From: an uncultured Candidatus Bathyarchaeia archaeon
GTDB lineage: Archaea; Thermoproteota; CALKCG01; B24; JAWCPE01
Assembly (NCBI GenBank): GCA_964396445.1
Contig: CAYNFI010000001.1
Coordinates: 30,971 to 94,970 of the forward strand
Direction of reading: 5' to 3'
DNA length: 64,000 nucleotides
Shown: positions 39,191 through 49,397 of the stretch, piece by piece
Numbering within the stretch: position 1 is the stretch's first letter
Layout of the letters: every line of letters begins with the position of its first letter
Position numbers and translations under genes: made by a program
Notes under the pieces: generated by a model
What the model saw: the letters and a program-made list of their open reading frames with translations, nothing else
Databases searched by the model: none
Told to the model about the DNA's origin: nothing

Positions 39191-39964
39191 ATGAAGCTGA
39201 CGGAAAATATCCTTGAATTCAACGTTTACACGCGGGATGGCTTCATCTCCCGCAGAGCCGTAGGTGTAAAGAAGCTGTGCTTTGGACGCCACTGCAGTCG
39301 GGACATCGAGGCTACGCGGAAAAGCTTGGATGAGAAACGCTTTGAAGGCTACGCTGTACACGGTAACCCCAACATCTGTATGAAAAGCCGCTACCTCCTC
39401 ACCGATGAGGAGGTTATAGAGGTTCAGGGGCGGCAAACATCCGGCGAAGTTGAGGTCGTCGCAGTCGTAGATAACGATGAGGTTTTAATCTCCGTCGGCA
39501 GCGACCACAACGACCGGTCTCTTGAGACCATGTGGACGGAGGCTTTGGGGAAGGTCTATGACATCGCTAAGTCGAAGCAGATGGTTCCAGCCGTGGTGGC
39601 GAAGGATGCATGGTTGTATGAAGACATCGAGGACCATTGGGACGGGCTGAATTTAAGAAGCTATGTAACCGTGGGCGGGAAAAGGATCCCATACCAAGAC
39701 TTCCCGCTTTCAACCTTGGTTGACCTAGAATATCATTTCCAGACGAATCCATGGCTGAAAGAAAACGGCGTAGTCTTCTTCGGGGGTACTTATGGCACGC
39801 TTCCAACAGTTCCCCCCGAAATCTATCAGTTCCAACACTCGATTAAGGGTTTGGTGTTCCCGTCGGGCTTCAGCTTCGAAGTCCATGACCCAGTGTTGAA
39901 GCGAACGATCTCACATAGATACATGGTCCAATGCCTTGAAGAACCGGGCTCCCCGAGCCTTTGA
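39191..39964 (+). CDS. DUF2848 family protein (FAH-like fold)
   Basis: TSGEVE, VGSDHNDR, SKQM and HWD. Confidence 0.85.
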   Translation: MKLTENILEFNVYTRDGFISRRAVGVKKLCFGRHCSRDIEATRKSLDEKRFEGYAVHGNPNICMKSRYLLTDEEVIEVQGRQTSGEVEVVAVVDNDEVLISVGSDHNDRSLETMWTEALGKVYDIAKSKQMVPAVVAKDAWLYEDIEDHWDGLNLRSYVTVGGKRIPYQDFPLSTLVDLEYHFQTNPWLKENGVVFFGGTYGTLPTVPPEIYQFQHSIKGLVFPSGFSFEVHDPVLKRTISHRYMVQCLEEPGSPSL

Positions 39965-40038
39965 TCAAGTTTAAAAAACGTTTCTGAGGTTAACCAGATA
40001 AGGATACGAGGGATTCTTTAAATTAGCAACGTGGAATG

Positions 40039-40902
40039 TTACTTTAGATTTAAAGTCTTTGAAGCGTTCTCTTCCAATATTGCTTTAATAACTTGGTCTG
40101 GGACCTCGGGCAAGTTCGTGTTCTGAGTGTAGATGTTTAGCTTCCTCAACGCCTCAACCGTTGCCTCGAAGGTAATCAGAGGCCAATCTGAGCCAAACAG
40201 CAGTTTATCGGTTACGCCGTAATCAACCGCGGAAACCATTACGTTGTAGAATCTCCAGTGCTGCATACAGATTCCGGAGATATCTGCGTACACGTTTGGC
40301 TGCTTCCTTATCACAGCTAAGACTTCTATCTCCCAGGGAAAGCCCAGATGAGCGATGATCATCTTTAACTCTGGGAAAGCGATGGCTAACTCATCTACGC
40401 GCTTAGGCGCACTGTACTTTAAGGGAGCATCACTTAAGAACACAGGGCTTAAATGCCAAAGGATAGGGATCTGAAGTTCCTGAGCAACCTCAGCGATCGA
40501 GTAAACCACGCTATCATCCGGGTAGAATCTCTGCGTTATCGGGTAAAGCTTAATCCCCTTCAGCCCAAGCTCCTCCACACACCTCCTTATTTCCGCTGCC
40601 GCCTGCTCATTGAATGGGTTAACGGATGCAAAACCAATGACTTTATCCACATGAGCGTTCACGTATCCTGCTAACTCATCGTTGGGAACATCTATAACGT
40701 TGGGCCAGCAGAAAACAATGGCTTTATCCACCTTTCCCATAGCCTTATAATGCTTCTCCCAAGTTAGGTTTTCCAAGTTCCTTTTAAACTCAGATAGCCA
40801 CTCGCCTCTAGCGGATAATACGGCTTCTCTCACACGGTCTGTGATGTGCTTATCTGTCCAAGCATGGGTGTGAACGTCAACGATCATGACCTCGTTTCTC
40901 AA
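40039..40902 (-). CDS. Amidohydrolase_2 family protein
   Basis: DVHTH, GLKGIKLYP, IIAHLG and LFGSDWP. Confidence 0.9.
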   Translation of the reverse strand: MRNEVMIVDVHTHAWTDKHITDRVREAVLSARGEWLSEFKRNLENLTWEKHYKAMGKVDKAIVFCWPNVIDVPNDELAGYVNAHVDKVIGFASVNPFNEQAAAEIRRCVEELGLKGIKLYPITQRFYPDDSVVYSIAEVAQELQIPILWHLSPVFLSDAPLKYSAPKRVDELAIAFPELKMIIAHLGFPWEIEVLAVIRKQPNVYADISGICMQHWRFYNVMVSAVDYGVTDKLLFGSDWPLITFEATVEALRKLNIYTQNTNLPEVPDQVIKAILEENASKTLNLK

Positions 40903-41141
40903 TGAGGTCGCATTTAAGCCTTAGCAAAGCTTCACAGCCGTATCTCCGAGGCTTAAACGCGCGTTTTCACAGGTCTTTTAAAAATACATATGGAGAATTG
41001 AAACCTTTCACCCATCACGGATAAGGGATGGCTTTAGGGTAAACGCATTCAATAAGCGAATTAACACCTCCTGAGACTGCTTACGTGAAGTGCATCAGGG
41101 TGTGGATCAATTATAAAAGTTAAGCCGTAGATCCAGCTGGT

Positions 41142-42293
41142 ATGAGCCTACAAGCTATGAGGAAGCCGTCGAGGGAAAGGATGGTCTCTGCTTTAGCATT
41201 GGAAGAGCCAGATACAGTGCCTGTAGGCGACATCGGCGTCGACCCTCCCGTGGCTCAGGTCTTTCTCCGAAGGGAACCTGTCTACAGAAACACTAAGGCA
41301 TCGCTGGAACTTGCCGCTGCTGGGAAGCTTGATGAACTTAAGGAAAGGGTTGTCAAGGACCACGTGGAGCTTCTTCACGATATCCTCAGGTTTGACTTCG
41401 TCCGCGTTATCCCTCCAAGCTTCACGCGTAGGACTAGGGTTCGGAGGGCTGGGGAGGACTTATGGGATGTAGACAGTAAACTATACAGGCTTCACCCTGT
41501 GGCAGGTGGGCTTTGGCTTAAGGAGAGGCCTCAACCAACCCTGGAGCTGTTGAGATGTGAGGTCGGAGAAGCGGAGGCAGCTCTTGAAACAATCGACTCC
41601 GACCCCCTTCAAGTACTTAAACAGGTCGCTGAGCAAGTAGGAGATGGAGGCCTCATCCTCTGCAACGTAGATCCCCAATGGATACCTTACGACGCTGCGA
41701 GGCTCGTCTGGTTTTACCGTTACCCAGCTGAGATGAAGAGGCTGATATCAGCTAAGGTGAGGTGGGCTGTAGCCCTAGGCCAAGCGATCCTAGACGCGGG
41801 TTCGGATGGCCTCTTAGATGCCTCCGATTACGCGAATAAAACTGGGCCCTTCATCTCCGTAGCGCATTTTAAGGAGTTCGTTGCACCAGCGCTTAAGTCT
41901 GTGATTGAAGCTACGCATAGGAGAGGCGGATACCATGTTCAGCACACGGATGGAAACGTGATGCCTCTACTTCCTCTGCTCTTGGAATGTGGCTTAGACG
42001 GTTTAAATCCCTTGGATACGACGAGCGGAATGAACCTAGGCGAGGTGAAGAAGAAGTATGGTGACCGTGTCTGCCTCCTTGGAAACGTTGACGGTGTCCA
42101 CATCCTGCCTTACGGAAAAAGGTCAGAGGTCGTTGCGGAGACTAAGCGATGTCTCCGTGAAGGGGGACCAAGCGGAGGATATGTACTCACCTCCAGCCAT
42201 TCAATCCATCACGGTGTCAAGCCTGAGAACCTCCTCGCAATGCTTGAGACAGGGTTTAAACTCGGGAAATACCCGAAACCCGGATACCCTTAA
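41142..42293 (+). CDS. Uroporphyrinogen decarboxylase family protein (MtaA/CmuA-like methyltransferase superfamily)
   Basis: RERMVSAL..EEPD.VP, HTDGN, LLGNVD and GGYVLTSSHSI. Confidence 0.85.
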   Translation: MSLQAMRKPSRERMVSALALEEPDTVPVGDIGVDPPVAQVFLRREPVYRNTKASLELAAAGKLDELKERVVKDHVELLHDILRFDFVRVIPPSFTRRTRVRRAGEDLWDVDSKLYRLHPVAGGLWLKERPQPTLELLRCEVGEAEAALETIDSDPLQVLKQVAEQVGDGGLILCNVDPQWIPYDAARLVWFYRYPAEMKRLISAKVRWAVALGQAILDAGSDGLLDASDYANKTGPFISVAHFKEFVAPALKSVIEATHRRGGYHVQHTDGNVMPLLPLLLECGLDGLNPLDTTSGMNLGEVKKKYGDRVCLLGNVDGVHILPYGKRSEVVAETKRCLREGGPSGGYVLTSSHSIHHGVKPENLLAMLETGFKLGKYPKPGYP

Positions 42294-42360
42294 ACGTTTA
42301 GCATTATGAGGTAGAAATCGGTTATCCCTGTATTTCAGTCGTTTGTGGAAGAAGCCTGAA

Positions 42361-42933
42361 CTATTTCTGCGCGGTCGGTCCGCTTTCCGGAGATATAGCT
42401 TCTACTAAGGCTTTAAACTGCTTCTTCAAGGTCTTCATATCGTGACTTAGGTTGAAGTAGTCTGCGAAGGTTTCCGTGGTTCTGAGTAGTCTCGTCTTCC
42501 CAAGAGGCTCTGAAGTTATCAGCCCCATCTTTGCGAGGTGCTTCACATGTTCGTACACCTGACCGCCGCGTACCAAGGCTACATCTGACTGCGTGACTGG
42601 TTGGTTGAGGACGATGAATGAAAGGGTCTTCAATGGGCCCTCTGTGAGGAGGGGTTTTATGGATAACCTCCTGATGTTTGGGACGTAGACGGTTTTGATT
42701 TGGAGGACGAAGCGTCTATCTGAAAGCTCTAGGAGCTCCAAGGCTCCATCCCTTCCTCTATAATTGTCTAGAACTTTTCTCGCAAGCTCGTAGACTCTCT
42801 TCTTGGAGGTTATACCGGTTACTGAGCATAGGGTTTCAAGCTCTAAGGGTCTTCCAGCGGCGTAGAGGGCTGCCTCGACTAAAGCCAACTTGGTTTTCTC
42901 ATCCTCTTCTGGAACACCCTCCGTTTGGCTCAT
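42361..42933 (-). CDS. scpB: SMC-Scp complex subunit ScpB
   Basis: VEAALYAAG, LKTLSFI..NQP.T...RG and TTETFADYF. Confidence 0.93.
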   Translation of the reverse strand: MSQTEGVPEEDEKTKLALVEAALYAAGRPLELETLCSVTGITSKKRVYELARKVLDNYRGRDGALELLELSDRRFVLQIKTVYVPNIRRLSIKPLLTEGPLKTLSFIVLNQPVTQSDVALVRGGQVYEHVKHLAKMGLITSEPLGKTRLLRTTETFADYFNLSHDMKTLKKQFKALVEAISPESGPTAQK

Positions 42934-43640
42934 GTAACAACCTCCGCAGGCATGGAAATATAGATCTCTTCGACTCCCTCCTCCTGCCATAAAGAGATTT
43001 TTTTCTGAGAGGCGAGGAAGAGCAGGGCGATGAATGTCTGGATCGCCACCCTTCTCTCCATCCCAGCCACAACCTTCGAGTATGGAACAAGGCTTTCAGT
43101 TGTCAGTAAGTCGACGAGCTTGGTGTGTAGAAGCTGGATCTGTTCCTCAATCTGTACCATGAAGGGGTCTAGGGTTGGCAGGGGGAAGGGAGTGAGGGTT
43201 TCAGGTATTGGTTGAATAACGGTTCTAGCTTGGGCTTCCCCAGGGATCCCTACAAGAATGTCCCTTATGGCGGTTATAAGGTCTTCCATGGTCAACGAAG
43301 CGTACTCATACCTGAAAGGTAGGTGAAGGGCTGCGATGGGTCCCTGATAGGCAGGCTTCTCCTGAGGCGGCTGCGGCGGCTCCTCAAGTTTCAAGACGAG
43401 TTCTGATTTCATCCTGTAGATCGACGTTGAGGATAGGAGGGCGATGCCTGTGATTGAGAAGTTGATGAAACCGAATTTTTTCATCTCTGATAGAAAAGAG
43501 GTCAGGAGAAAGGATAGGTCGATGTCCCAAGGCCTTATACTTCCCAGTCGCGTTGGGTCGAAGAGTATGACCCATGGCTGTTTAACCCAGAAGGGTCTTT
43601 GAGGTGTCTGGCTAGACTGGGGAAGCTCCATTATTCTCAA
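42930..43640 (-). CDS. scpA: Kleisin ScpA
   Basis: IRPWDIDL, YRMKS and TFIALLFLA...ISLWQEE; it lies between smc and scpB. Confidence 0.85.
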   Translation of the reverse strand: MRIMELPQSSQTPQRPFWVKQPWVILFDPTRLGSIRPWDIDLSFLLTSFLSEMKKFGFINFSITGIALLSSTSIYRMKSELVLKLEEPPQPPQEKPAYQGPIAALHLPFRYEYASLTMEDLITAIRDILVGIPGEAQARTVIQPIPETLTPFPLPTLDPFMVQIEEQIQLLHTKLVDLLTTESLVPYSKVVAGMERRVAIQTFIALLFLASQKKISLWQEEGVEEIYISMPAEVVT

Positions 43641-43739
43641 ATCTAATCTTTGGAAAGGCTTTTAAAATTTTCTAGTTAATAATCACTATGTGAATCCTGC
43701 ACCGGTAATCCTTGAAATCACAGGGTACGAGAAGTCTAA

Positions 43740-46700
43740 TCACTTGGGGAAGACTGGGGAGACCACGCGGGATGCACCGTCCTGAGCGAAAACACCGTAA
43801 ACCCTATCAGCCCTATCTAGAATCGTCTCCTTCAAACTCACAACGATAAACTGCCGGTCCTTAGCGAAGTCCTTCACTAGATCGGCTAAACGCTCCACGT
43901 GAACGGGGTCAAGATGCGCATCAACTTCGTCGAGGAGGTAGAAGGGAGCTGGTTGAAGTTGACTGATGGCGAAGAGAAACGATAAGGCGGCTACGGATTT
44001 CTCCCCTCCACTAGCTGAGCTTATGAGCCTTGAAGCCTTCCCAGGGAACTCAGCGAAGAGGTCGACGCCTGCGGCGAAGGGTTCTTCGAGGTTTTGGAGT
44101 TGAAGCCACCCTTTCCCCCCTCCGGTGAGCTTGGAGAAGAAGAAGCTGAACTGGTCGTTAACCTTGTTGTAGATGTCTAGGAAGACACGGCGCTTATCCC
44201 TTTCAATCTCTTCCATAAACCTGAGTATGGAGAGCTTCTCCTGCTCCAGTTGACTGAGCCTAATGGATAATTGCTTATAATTATCCTTCTGCTCAGTGTA
44301 CTGTGTTATCGCAAGCTGGTTTATGGAACCAAGCTGCGTTAACTCTGTTCTAAGCCTTTCAACAAGGTCCCCGCCCTCCTTCACCTGGGTTTCCTCGACG
44401 TCAAGCGGTGATTGGAAGCCAAGCCTCTGGAGGTCCGCTTCTAGGAACCCCTTCTCAGCGGCCTTAGACTGGGCTTCTAACTCGATTTGACGTAGGCGGT
44501 TATTCAGAGGCTCCCACTTAGTATCTACGTCACCGGCCCTCGCGTCTATGATGCTTAGCTCCTCTTGGAACTTCCTCGTCTCATCCTTAACCGTTGACAG
44601 GGACTGGGAAAGCTCTTCCTTAAGCTTCCCCATATCCTGTAGCTGGCTTCTCAGGTCTTCCAGCGATGTGCCGGCTTCCTCTATGCCTTTGTTGAAGTAC
44701 TCGATCTGACCGTCTAAGTTGCGGAGGTCCCTCTCAGCCTTCTCAAGCTCAGGTGATAAAGTGGCTTCGATCCTTGACTGAAGAGATGTAAAGTCGCTGT
44801 CAAGCTTCGTTAACTCCTGCTGGGTGAGGTTAACCTCGTTTATAAGCTCAACCGTCTTCGATTCAACCTCGGTTACAGCTGAGGGTTTAACAGTGGACCT
44901 TATGGAGGCGCTCCTCCTCTCCAGCTCGGCGATCTGCTTCAATATCCCTGTCCTTTCCCCCCTACCCTTCTCCAAGAAGTCTACCTCGCTTTCACGCTCC
45001 TTGTTTAACTCATCGATGCGTGTACTTAGCTGGTTGAGGTTTCCCTGAACTCTTTCAATGCTCCGCGCCATCCCAGCGATCTCCTGTTTAAACCTCTCCA
45101 CCGTGGCTTCCCTTCGAACAAGCTCTTCCCTAAGTCTCCCTATCTCCTCGTCTACAGCCTTTATGCTCCGCTCCCTCTGTTTGAGTATGTCTTCAAGCCT
45201 GGCAACTGCCTCGTTGAGGCTTGAAACGTGCTCATCGCTTGGGATAAGCTGGGAGATGTCTATGGATACCCTGTAGTACCCGCTTTCCATAACCCCTCCA
45301 GCCTCGTAGAGGTCACCCTCCGCCGTTACGGTTCTATACCCTTTCCTTGAAGCAGCGAATGCAGCGTTTTCATCAGCGGCGATCAACGTGTCTCCGAAGA
45401 TGAACCTCACAGCCGGTCGGAACATTTGGTTACACTTCACGAATGAGGCGGCGACGCCGGCTATTCCCTTAACCTCCGGGGGAGTTATGGGTTTAAGTTT
45501 ACGCAGGTCTTCGAGGGGTATGATTTTAATCCTCCCAAGCTTCGTCCTCTTGAGGCTTTCAACACACCGCCTCGCCGTCTCTAGATCCTTAACAACGAGG
45601 GCTTTCATCCATCCCCCCGCCGTGGATTCGAGGGCGTTCCTATATGATGGAGTCAGCTTTACGAGTTCCCTTAGCCTCCCGTAGATCCCTGGAATCGCCA
45701 TGGCTTCCCCCATTTCCTCGATCTTTATTAAAGCCCTATCTTCTGTAGCCACGTTTTCAGCGAAGCTAAGCTGGGTTTCAAAATCTGAAACCGTTCTCCT
45801 CGCTCTCTCTGCAACCATGTGGGCGCTTGAAACTTCGGCGTCGAGGACTTTTCTCCTCTCCAAGCTTCTTTTTATAAGCTCCAACGTAGCGGTGACGCTC
45901 TTCTCTTCCTCATCCTTCATCGCGGCAAGCTCATCCAGGTGCTTCTTAAGGTTGTCCAGGATCTGGATGAGGCTCTTCCTCCTAGCTTCACTCCCTCTGA
46001 GGTTACGGTTGAGGATGCTAGCCTTAGCTTCGCTGCCCTTCACCTCAGCGTCTAGTCTAACGAGTTCCCTGCCTAGCTTCACGATCTCCCCCTCGATGGC
46101 TTCAAGCTCAGCTGAACCTGTCTGAAGTTGCTGTCTAAGCTCCCTCAGCTTCGATGACACCGTGTTGTAGCGTTCCCGTTTCTCTTCAAGTGAAGCCGAG
46201 GCTTTATCTCTCTGCCGTTTAACGGTTCTAAGGTTTTCAGAAGCCTCCTTGAGCGTTGCCTTAAGGTTTTCTACGTGGTTAACCCTTTCCCGTCTCAGTT
46301 TGAGAAGCCCTTGAACATTCAACCTATTCGACTGTAGCTGCCCCTCTAAACCAGCGGCTTTTGCGTTGATGTCCCCTATCAGGGTTTGAACCTCGACAAG
46401 CCTTCCCCCACCCTTATTAACGATATCTTCATCAAACCTCCTCCATTCCGCTTCAACCTTGCTCCTGCTCTGCCTCAACTCTTCCCTTAAGTGTGTAAGG
46501 TCCTCAGCTCCCCTTCGGAGAATGTTTAACTCCTCTGAAAGGTTCTCCGTTTCTTTAGCGTTGCATTGAATCTTGTAGGAAAGGAGGACAGCGTTAAGGT
46601 AGTCAACCTCCTTCTTTAAGAAGTTGAACCTTAAGGCATCGTTTCTCTCCTTTTCAAGGTTCTCCATCCGGCTTCGAACCTCAGCGATACGTGCCTCAGC

Positions 46701-47273
46701 GATTCTGAGGTTTATGTCGGCGCGGTGGAGTTCCCCTTGGGCCTCAGCCTTTTTCAGATCATACTGGGATATTCCAACGATGTCTTCGATAACACGTCTC
46801 CTCTCCTCTGGGGCGAGGTCTGAAAGCCTCGTCACAGCCCCCTGCATGATGATGTTTACACCCGCTGATCTAAGCCCGGCTACACCTAGGGCATCGTTTA
46901 TGCTCGTCCTTGAAGCACGTTTACCGTTCAGTCTGTAAACGCTCTCCCCAGCGACGTTTACCGTTCTTGAAACAATGACTGTGTCGGTGTCTACAGGGAT
47001 CTCCCTGTCCACGTTATCGAGATAAAGCCTAACCAAAGTCTGTCTCTTACTCTCTGGTGGGATTCTATCCGAGATCACATCGGAGAACTTGTCAGCCCTT
47101 AATGCTCTTGGGCTGGTTTCCCCTAAAGCAAACCTGATGGCGTCGATCACGTTACTCTTACCCGAACCGTTTGGACCTGTGACGACTGTGAAGCCCCTGT
47201 CAAAGTTTAACGTAACCTTCCTCGCCCCAAAGGATTTGAAGCCCTGAAGCTCCACTCTCTTAACGTAAACCGT
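43740..47273 (-). CDS. smc: Chromosome segregation protein SMC
   Basis: GFKSF, GPNGSGKSN, hinge, SGGEKS and LDEVDAHLD. The conserved first strand extends to an ACG at 47273; the first standard start is GTG 47255. Confidence 0.97.
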   Translation of the reverse strand, partial: TVYVKRVELQGFKSFGARKVTLNFDRGFTVVTGPNGSGKSNVIDAIRFALGETSPRALRADKFSDVISDRIPPESKRQTLVRLYLDNVDREIPVDTDTVIVSRTVNVAGESVYRLNGKRASRTSINDALGVAGLRSAGVNIIMQGAVTRLSDLAPEERRRVIEDIVGISQYDLKKAEAQGELHRADINLRIAEARIAEVRSRMENLEKERNDALRFNFLKKEVDYLNAVLLSYKIQCNAKETENLSEELNILRRGAEDLTHLREELRQSRSKVEAEWRRFDEDIVNKGGGRLVEVQTLIGDINAKAAGLEGQLQSNRLNVQGLLKLRRERVNHVENLKATLKEASENLRTVKRQRDKASASLEEKRERYNTVSSKLRELRQQLQTGSAELEAIEGEIVKLGRELVRLDAEVKGSEAKASILNRNLRGSEARRKSLIQILDNLKKHLDELAAMKDEEEKSVTATLELIKRSLERRKVLDAEVSSAHMVAERARRTVSDFETQLSFAENVATEDRALIKIEEMGEAMAIPGIYGRLRELVKLTPSYRNALESTAGGWMKALVVKDLETARRCVESLKRTKLGRIKIIPLEDLRKLKPITPPEVKGIAGVAASFVKCNQMFRPAVRFIFGDTLIAADENAAFAASRKGYRTVTAEGDLYEAGGVMESGYYRVSIDISQLIPSDEHVSSLNEAVARLEDILKQRERSIKAVDEEIGRLREELVRREATVERFKQEIAGMARSIERVQGNLNQLSTRIDELNKERESEVDFLEKGRGERTGILKQIAELERRSASIRSTVKPSAVTEVESKTVELINEVNLTQQELTKLDSDFTSLQSRIEATLSPELEKAERDLRNLDGQIEYFNKGIEEAGTSLEDLRSQLQDMGKLKEELSQSLSTVKDETRKFQEELSIIDARAGDVDTKWEPLNNRLRQIELEAQSKAAEKGFLEADLQRLGFQSPLDVEETQVKEGGDLVERLRTELTQLGSINQLAITQYTEQKDNYKQLSIRLSQLEQEKLSILRFMEEIERDKRRVFLDIYNKVNDQFSFFFSKLTGGGKGWLQLQNLEEPFAAGVDLFAEFPGKASRLISSASGGEKSVAALSFLFAISQLQPAPFYLLDEVDAHLDPVHVERLADLVKDFAKDRQFIVVSLKETILDRADRVYGVFAQDGASRVVSPVFPK

Positions 47274-47422
47274 TACCCCTTCCCCCTACACAGAGACCAT
47301 ACAAGGTAAGCGTCACTTGAAGGGTTAACCCACAATCCCTATGGAGCTTCGATCCATTAATAAAAGTTTATGTAAGAGCTTTGACGATGTCTCCCTTAAA
47401 TCCCATATTTCTCTCTAAGATC

Positions 47423-48241
47423 CTAAAAGCCCAACTGTGACCTTATGGTTTTGTTTAAGGAGGCTGCTAGACAACACTTCACAGGTGTCTTCTGTCCTAG
47501 TATACGAAGGATATTGACATCAACGTCCTTCGATACATCTCGTCCTTCACAGAAGGCTTTAAGGGTATTCGAGACAATCTTCATTCTGTCGCGAATGGGA
47601 GTCAATTTAATGTTACGCCCACAAGCAGCAAAAGGCTCCTTTGGGAAAAGATCCCCTCCAATGGCATTAAGGACGATGACGAGGTTCCCTACGAAATTCC
47701 AGTGACATGGTTCAAGGTGGTCTATGGCACTTGCCAGTGTTATTTCCGCATCCTTTCCATCCTTGGTATCGTGGATTAGAGTTCGCATCGTGAGGTCGCG
47801 AAATTCTGTATGCTCTCTGTAATGTTCTCCATATTCCACCATTTCGACGTAGCGGAAGGATGGTTCTAGGAATGACCTGACTTTGTCCATTATGCGTTGA
47901 ACTTGCCAGACCTTTAGGGGTGTAGGGTCTCCAATAAAGGCCATTAGCTCGCTAGCTTGTACCCCCCCGACATCAAGATGTACGGCTTCATCAGTAGAAC
48001 CTGAACACCACTTTGAAAGTACATCGTAACAATTCTGCCATAAATCTTCGATGGGATGTCTTTGTCTAGGCGGCCGCGTTCCAGGTCCCTTGGATGTACC
48101 ACCCGACCCTATTGCTTCAATAATCACTTCAACATGTCTTTCAGCCTTATGGTGGCATAACTCAAGACTCGTAATAAGGCGTCTTATCTTGGTCGTTTGA
48201 TCGTCTAACGGCGGGATAGAATCCTCCAGCGTATCAATCAC
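47423..48241 (-). CDS. Hypothetical protein with internal Cys-His repeat
   Basis: 272-aa ORF with two similar segments, SLELCHHK..H...IIEAIG and HLEPCHWN.......LNAIG. Confidence 0.7.
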   Translation of the reverse strand: MIDTLEDSIPPLDDQTTKIRRLITSLELCHHKAERHVEVIIEAIGSGGTSKGPGTRPPRQRHPIEDLWQNCYDVLSKWCSGSTDEAVHLDVGGVQASELMAFIGDPTPLKVWQVQRIMDKVRSFLEPSFRYVEMVEYGEHYREHTEFRDLTMRTLIHDTKDGKDAEITLASAIDHLEPCHWNFVGNLVIVLNAIGGDLFPKEPFAACGRNIKLTPIRDRMKIVSNTLKAFCEGRDVSKDVDVNILRILGQKTPVKCCLAASLNKTIRSQLGF

Positions 48242-48671
48242 CTAAATTTCTCCATTAGGTTCGCAATTCATCAACCACGATCTTAACTTAGTACTTCTTT
48301 GTAATAGTTCAAAGGCACCCTGCCTAAATTCTGTAAATTCGTATCCCTCCACTCTTTCAGGCTTTTAAGTCATCTTTCTTTCAAAGAATTCTATAACATT
48401 TTTGCTTTGCGGGGGGGTAAAGAATGCCCGTAAATGTAATCTTCTGCCAGTAGGTGAATCCACGAAACTCGCCTGTATGGGTCCATTTCTTTTTCCATTT
48501 ATCTTATTTTACACTCTAGTAAAAAATACGGTTGATTGATAAGTATTCCAAAAAGAGATGCTGATTTAACAGCGACCCTAGATTTGTATACTCATGGATT
48601 CCGTAGACGATAGATAACCTGTGCTGTGCGTAAGCTTTAATCTCCTGTATGAGTCTTGTTTATCGAAGGGA

Positions 48672-49397
48672 ATGGTTGAGTCTGGCATAGGGGACAGGGT
48701 TCCAACGGGCTGTGCAAGTATAGATAGGTTAATCGGCGGGGGCTTCCCACGGGGCCTATTATCCCTAGTCTACGGTGAGGCTGAGACGGGTAAGACTTGC
48801 CTGGCTATGCAGTGCGCGGTTGAATGTGCTAGGAAGGGGTTGAAGACCTTATACGTAGACGCTGATGGAGCCCTTTCCGTAACGAGGCTTTCCCAGGTCG
48901 CGGGTGTGGACCTCGACCGTGTCTCACCTCTTATCATCGTGTTCACCCCAGAGGATTTCCAAAACCTTATTCTACTCGTTGAGAGGTTAGAACGCTACGT
49001 GGCTGGGAACACGGTTTTAGCAGTTGTAGACACGGTGACCTCCCTTTACAGGGTTGAGCTTGCGCAGGGGGATGAAGTCTTTACCTTGAACAGGGAGCTT
49101 AACAGGATGCTCGCATACCTATGTCAGCTGGCTAAAACCCGTGGTTTAGCCCTTCTCCTAACAAGCCAGGTGCGGAGCGTCATCGACTCCACTCCTTCCT
49201 CCTATGTAGGGGAAATAGAGCCTGTAGCCAACCGCGTCTTAACTTATTGGTCCTCGTTGATTCTGAGGCTTAAACCGACAGCTAGGTCCTCTGTAAAGGA
49301 ATGCGTTCTTGAACATGGGATTTCCAAGGAGAAGGCTGATAAACGCTGCTTCTACTCCCTGTCAGATAAGGGTGTTGAATCTGTGCTAGGAGCCTAA
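48672..49397 (+). CDS. radB: DNA repair and recombination protein RadB
   Basis: PTGC..IDRLIGGG, GEAETGKT, VVDTVTSLYR and SQV. It is short and lacks the RadA N-terminal domain. Confidence 0.85.
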   Translation: MVESGIGDRVPTGCASIDRLIGGGFPRGLLSLVYGEAETGKTCLAMQCAVECARKGLKTLYVDADGALSVTRLSQVAGVDLDRVSPLIIVFTPEDFQNLILLVERLERYVAGNTVLAVVDTVTSLYRVELAQGDEVFTLNRELNRMLAYLCQLAKTRGLALLLTSQVRSVIDSTPSSYVGEIEPVANRVLTYWSSLILRLKPTARSSVKECVLEHGISKEKADKRCFYSLSDKGVESVLGA

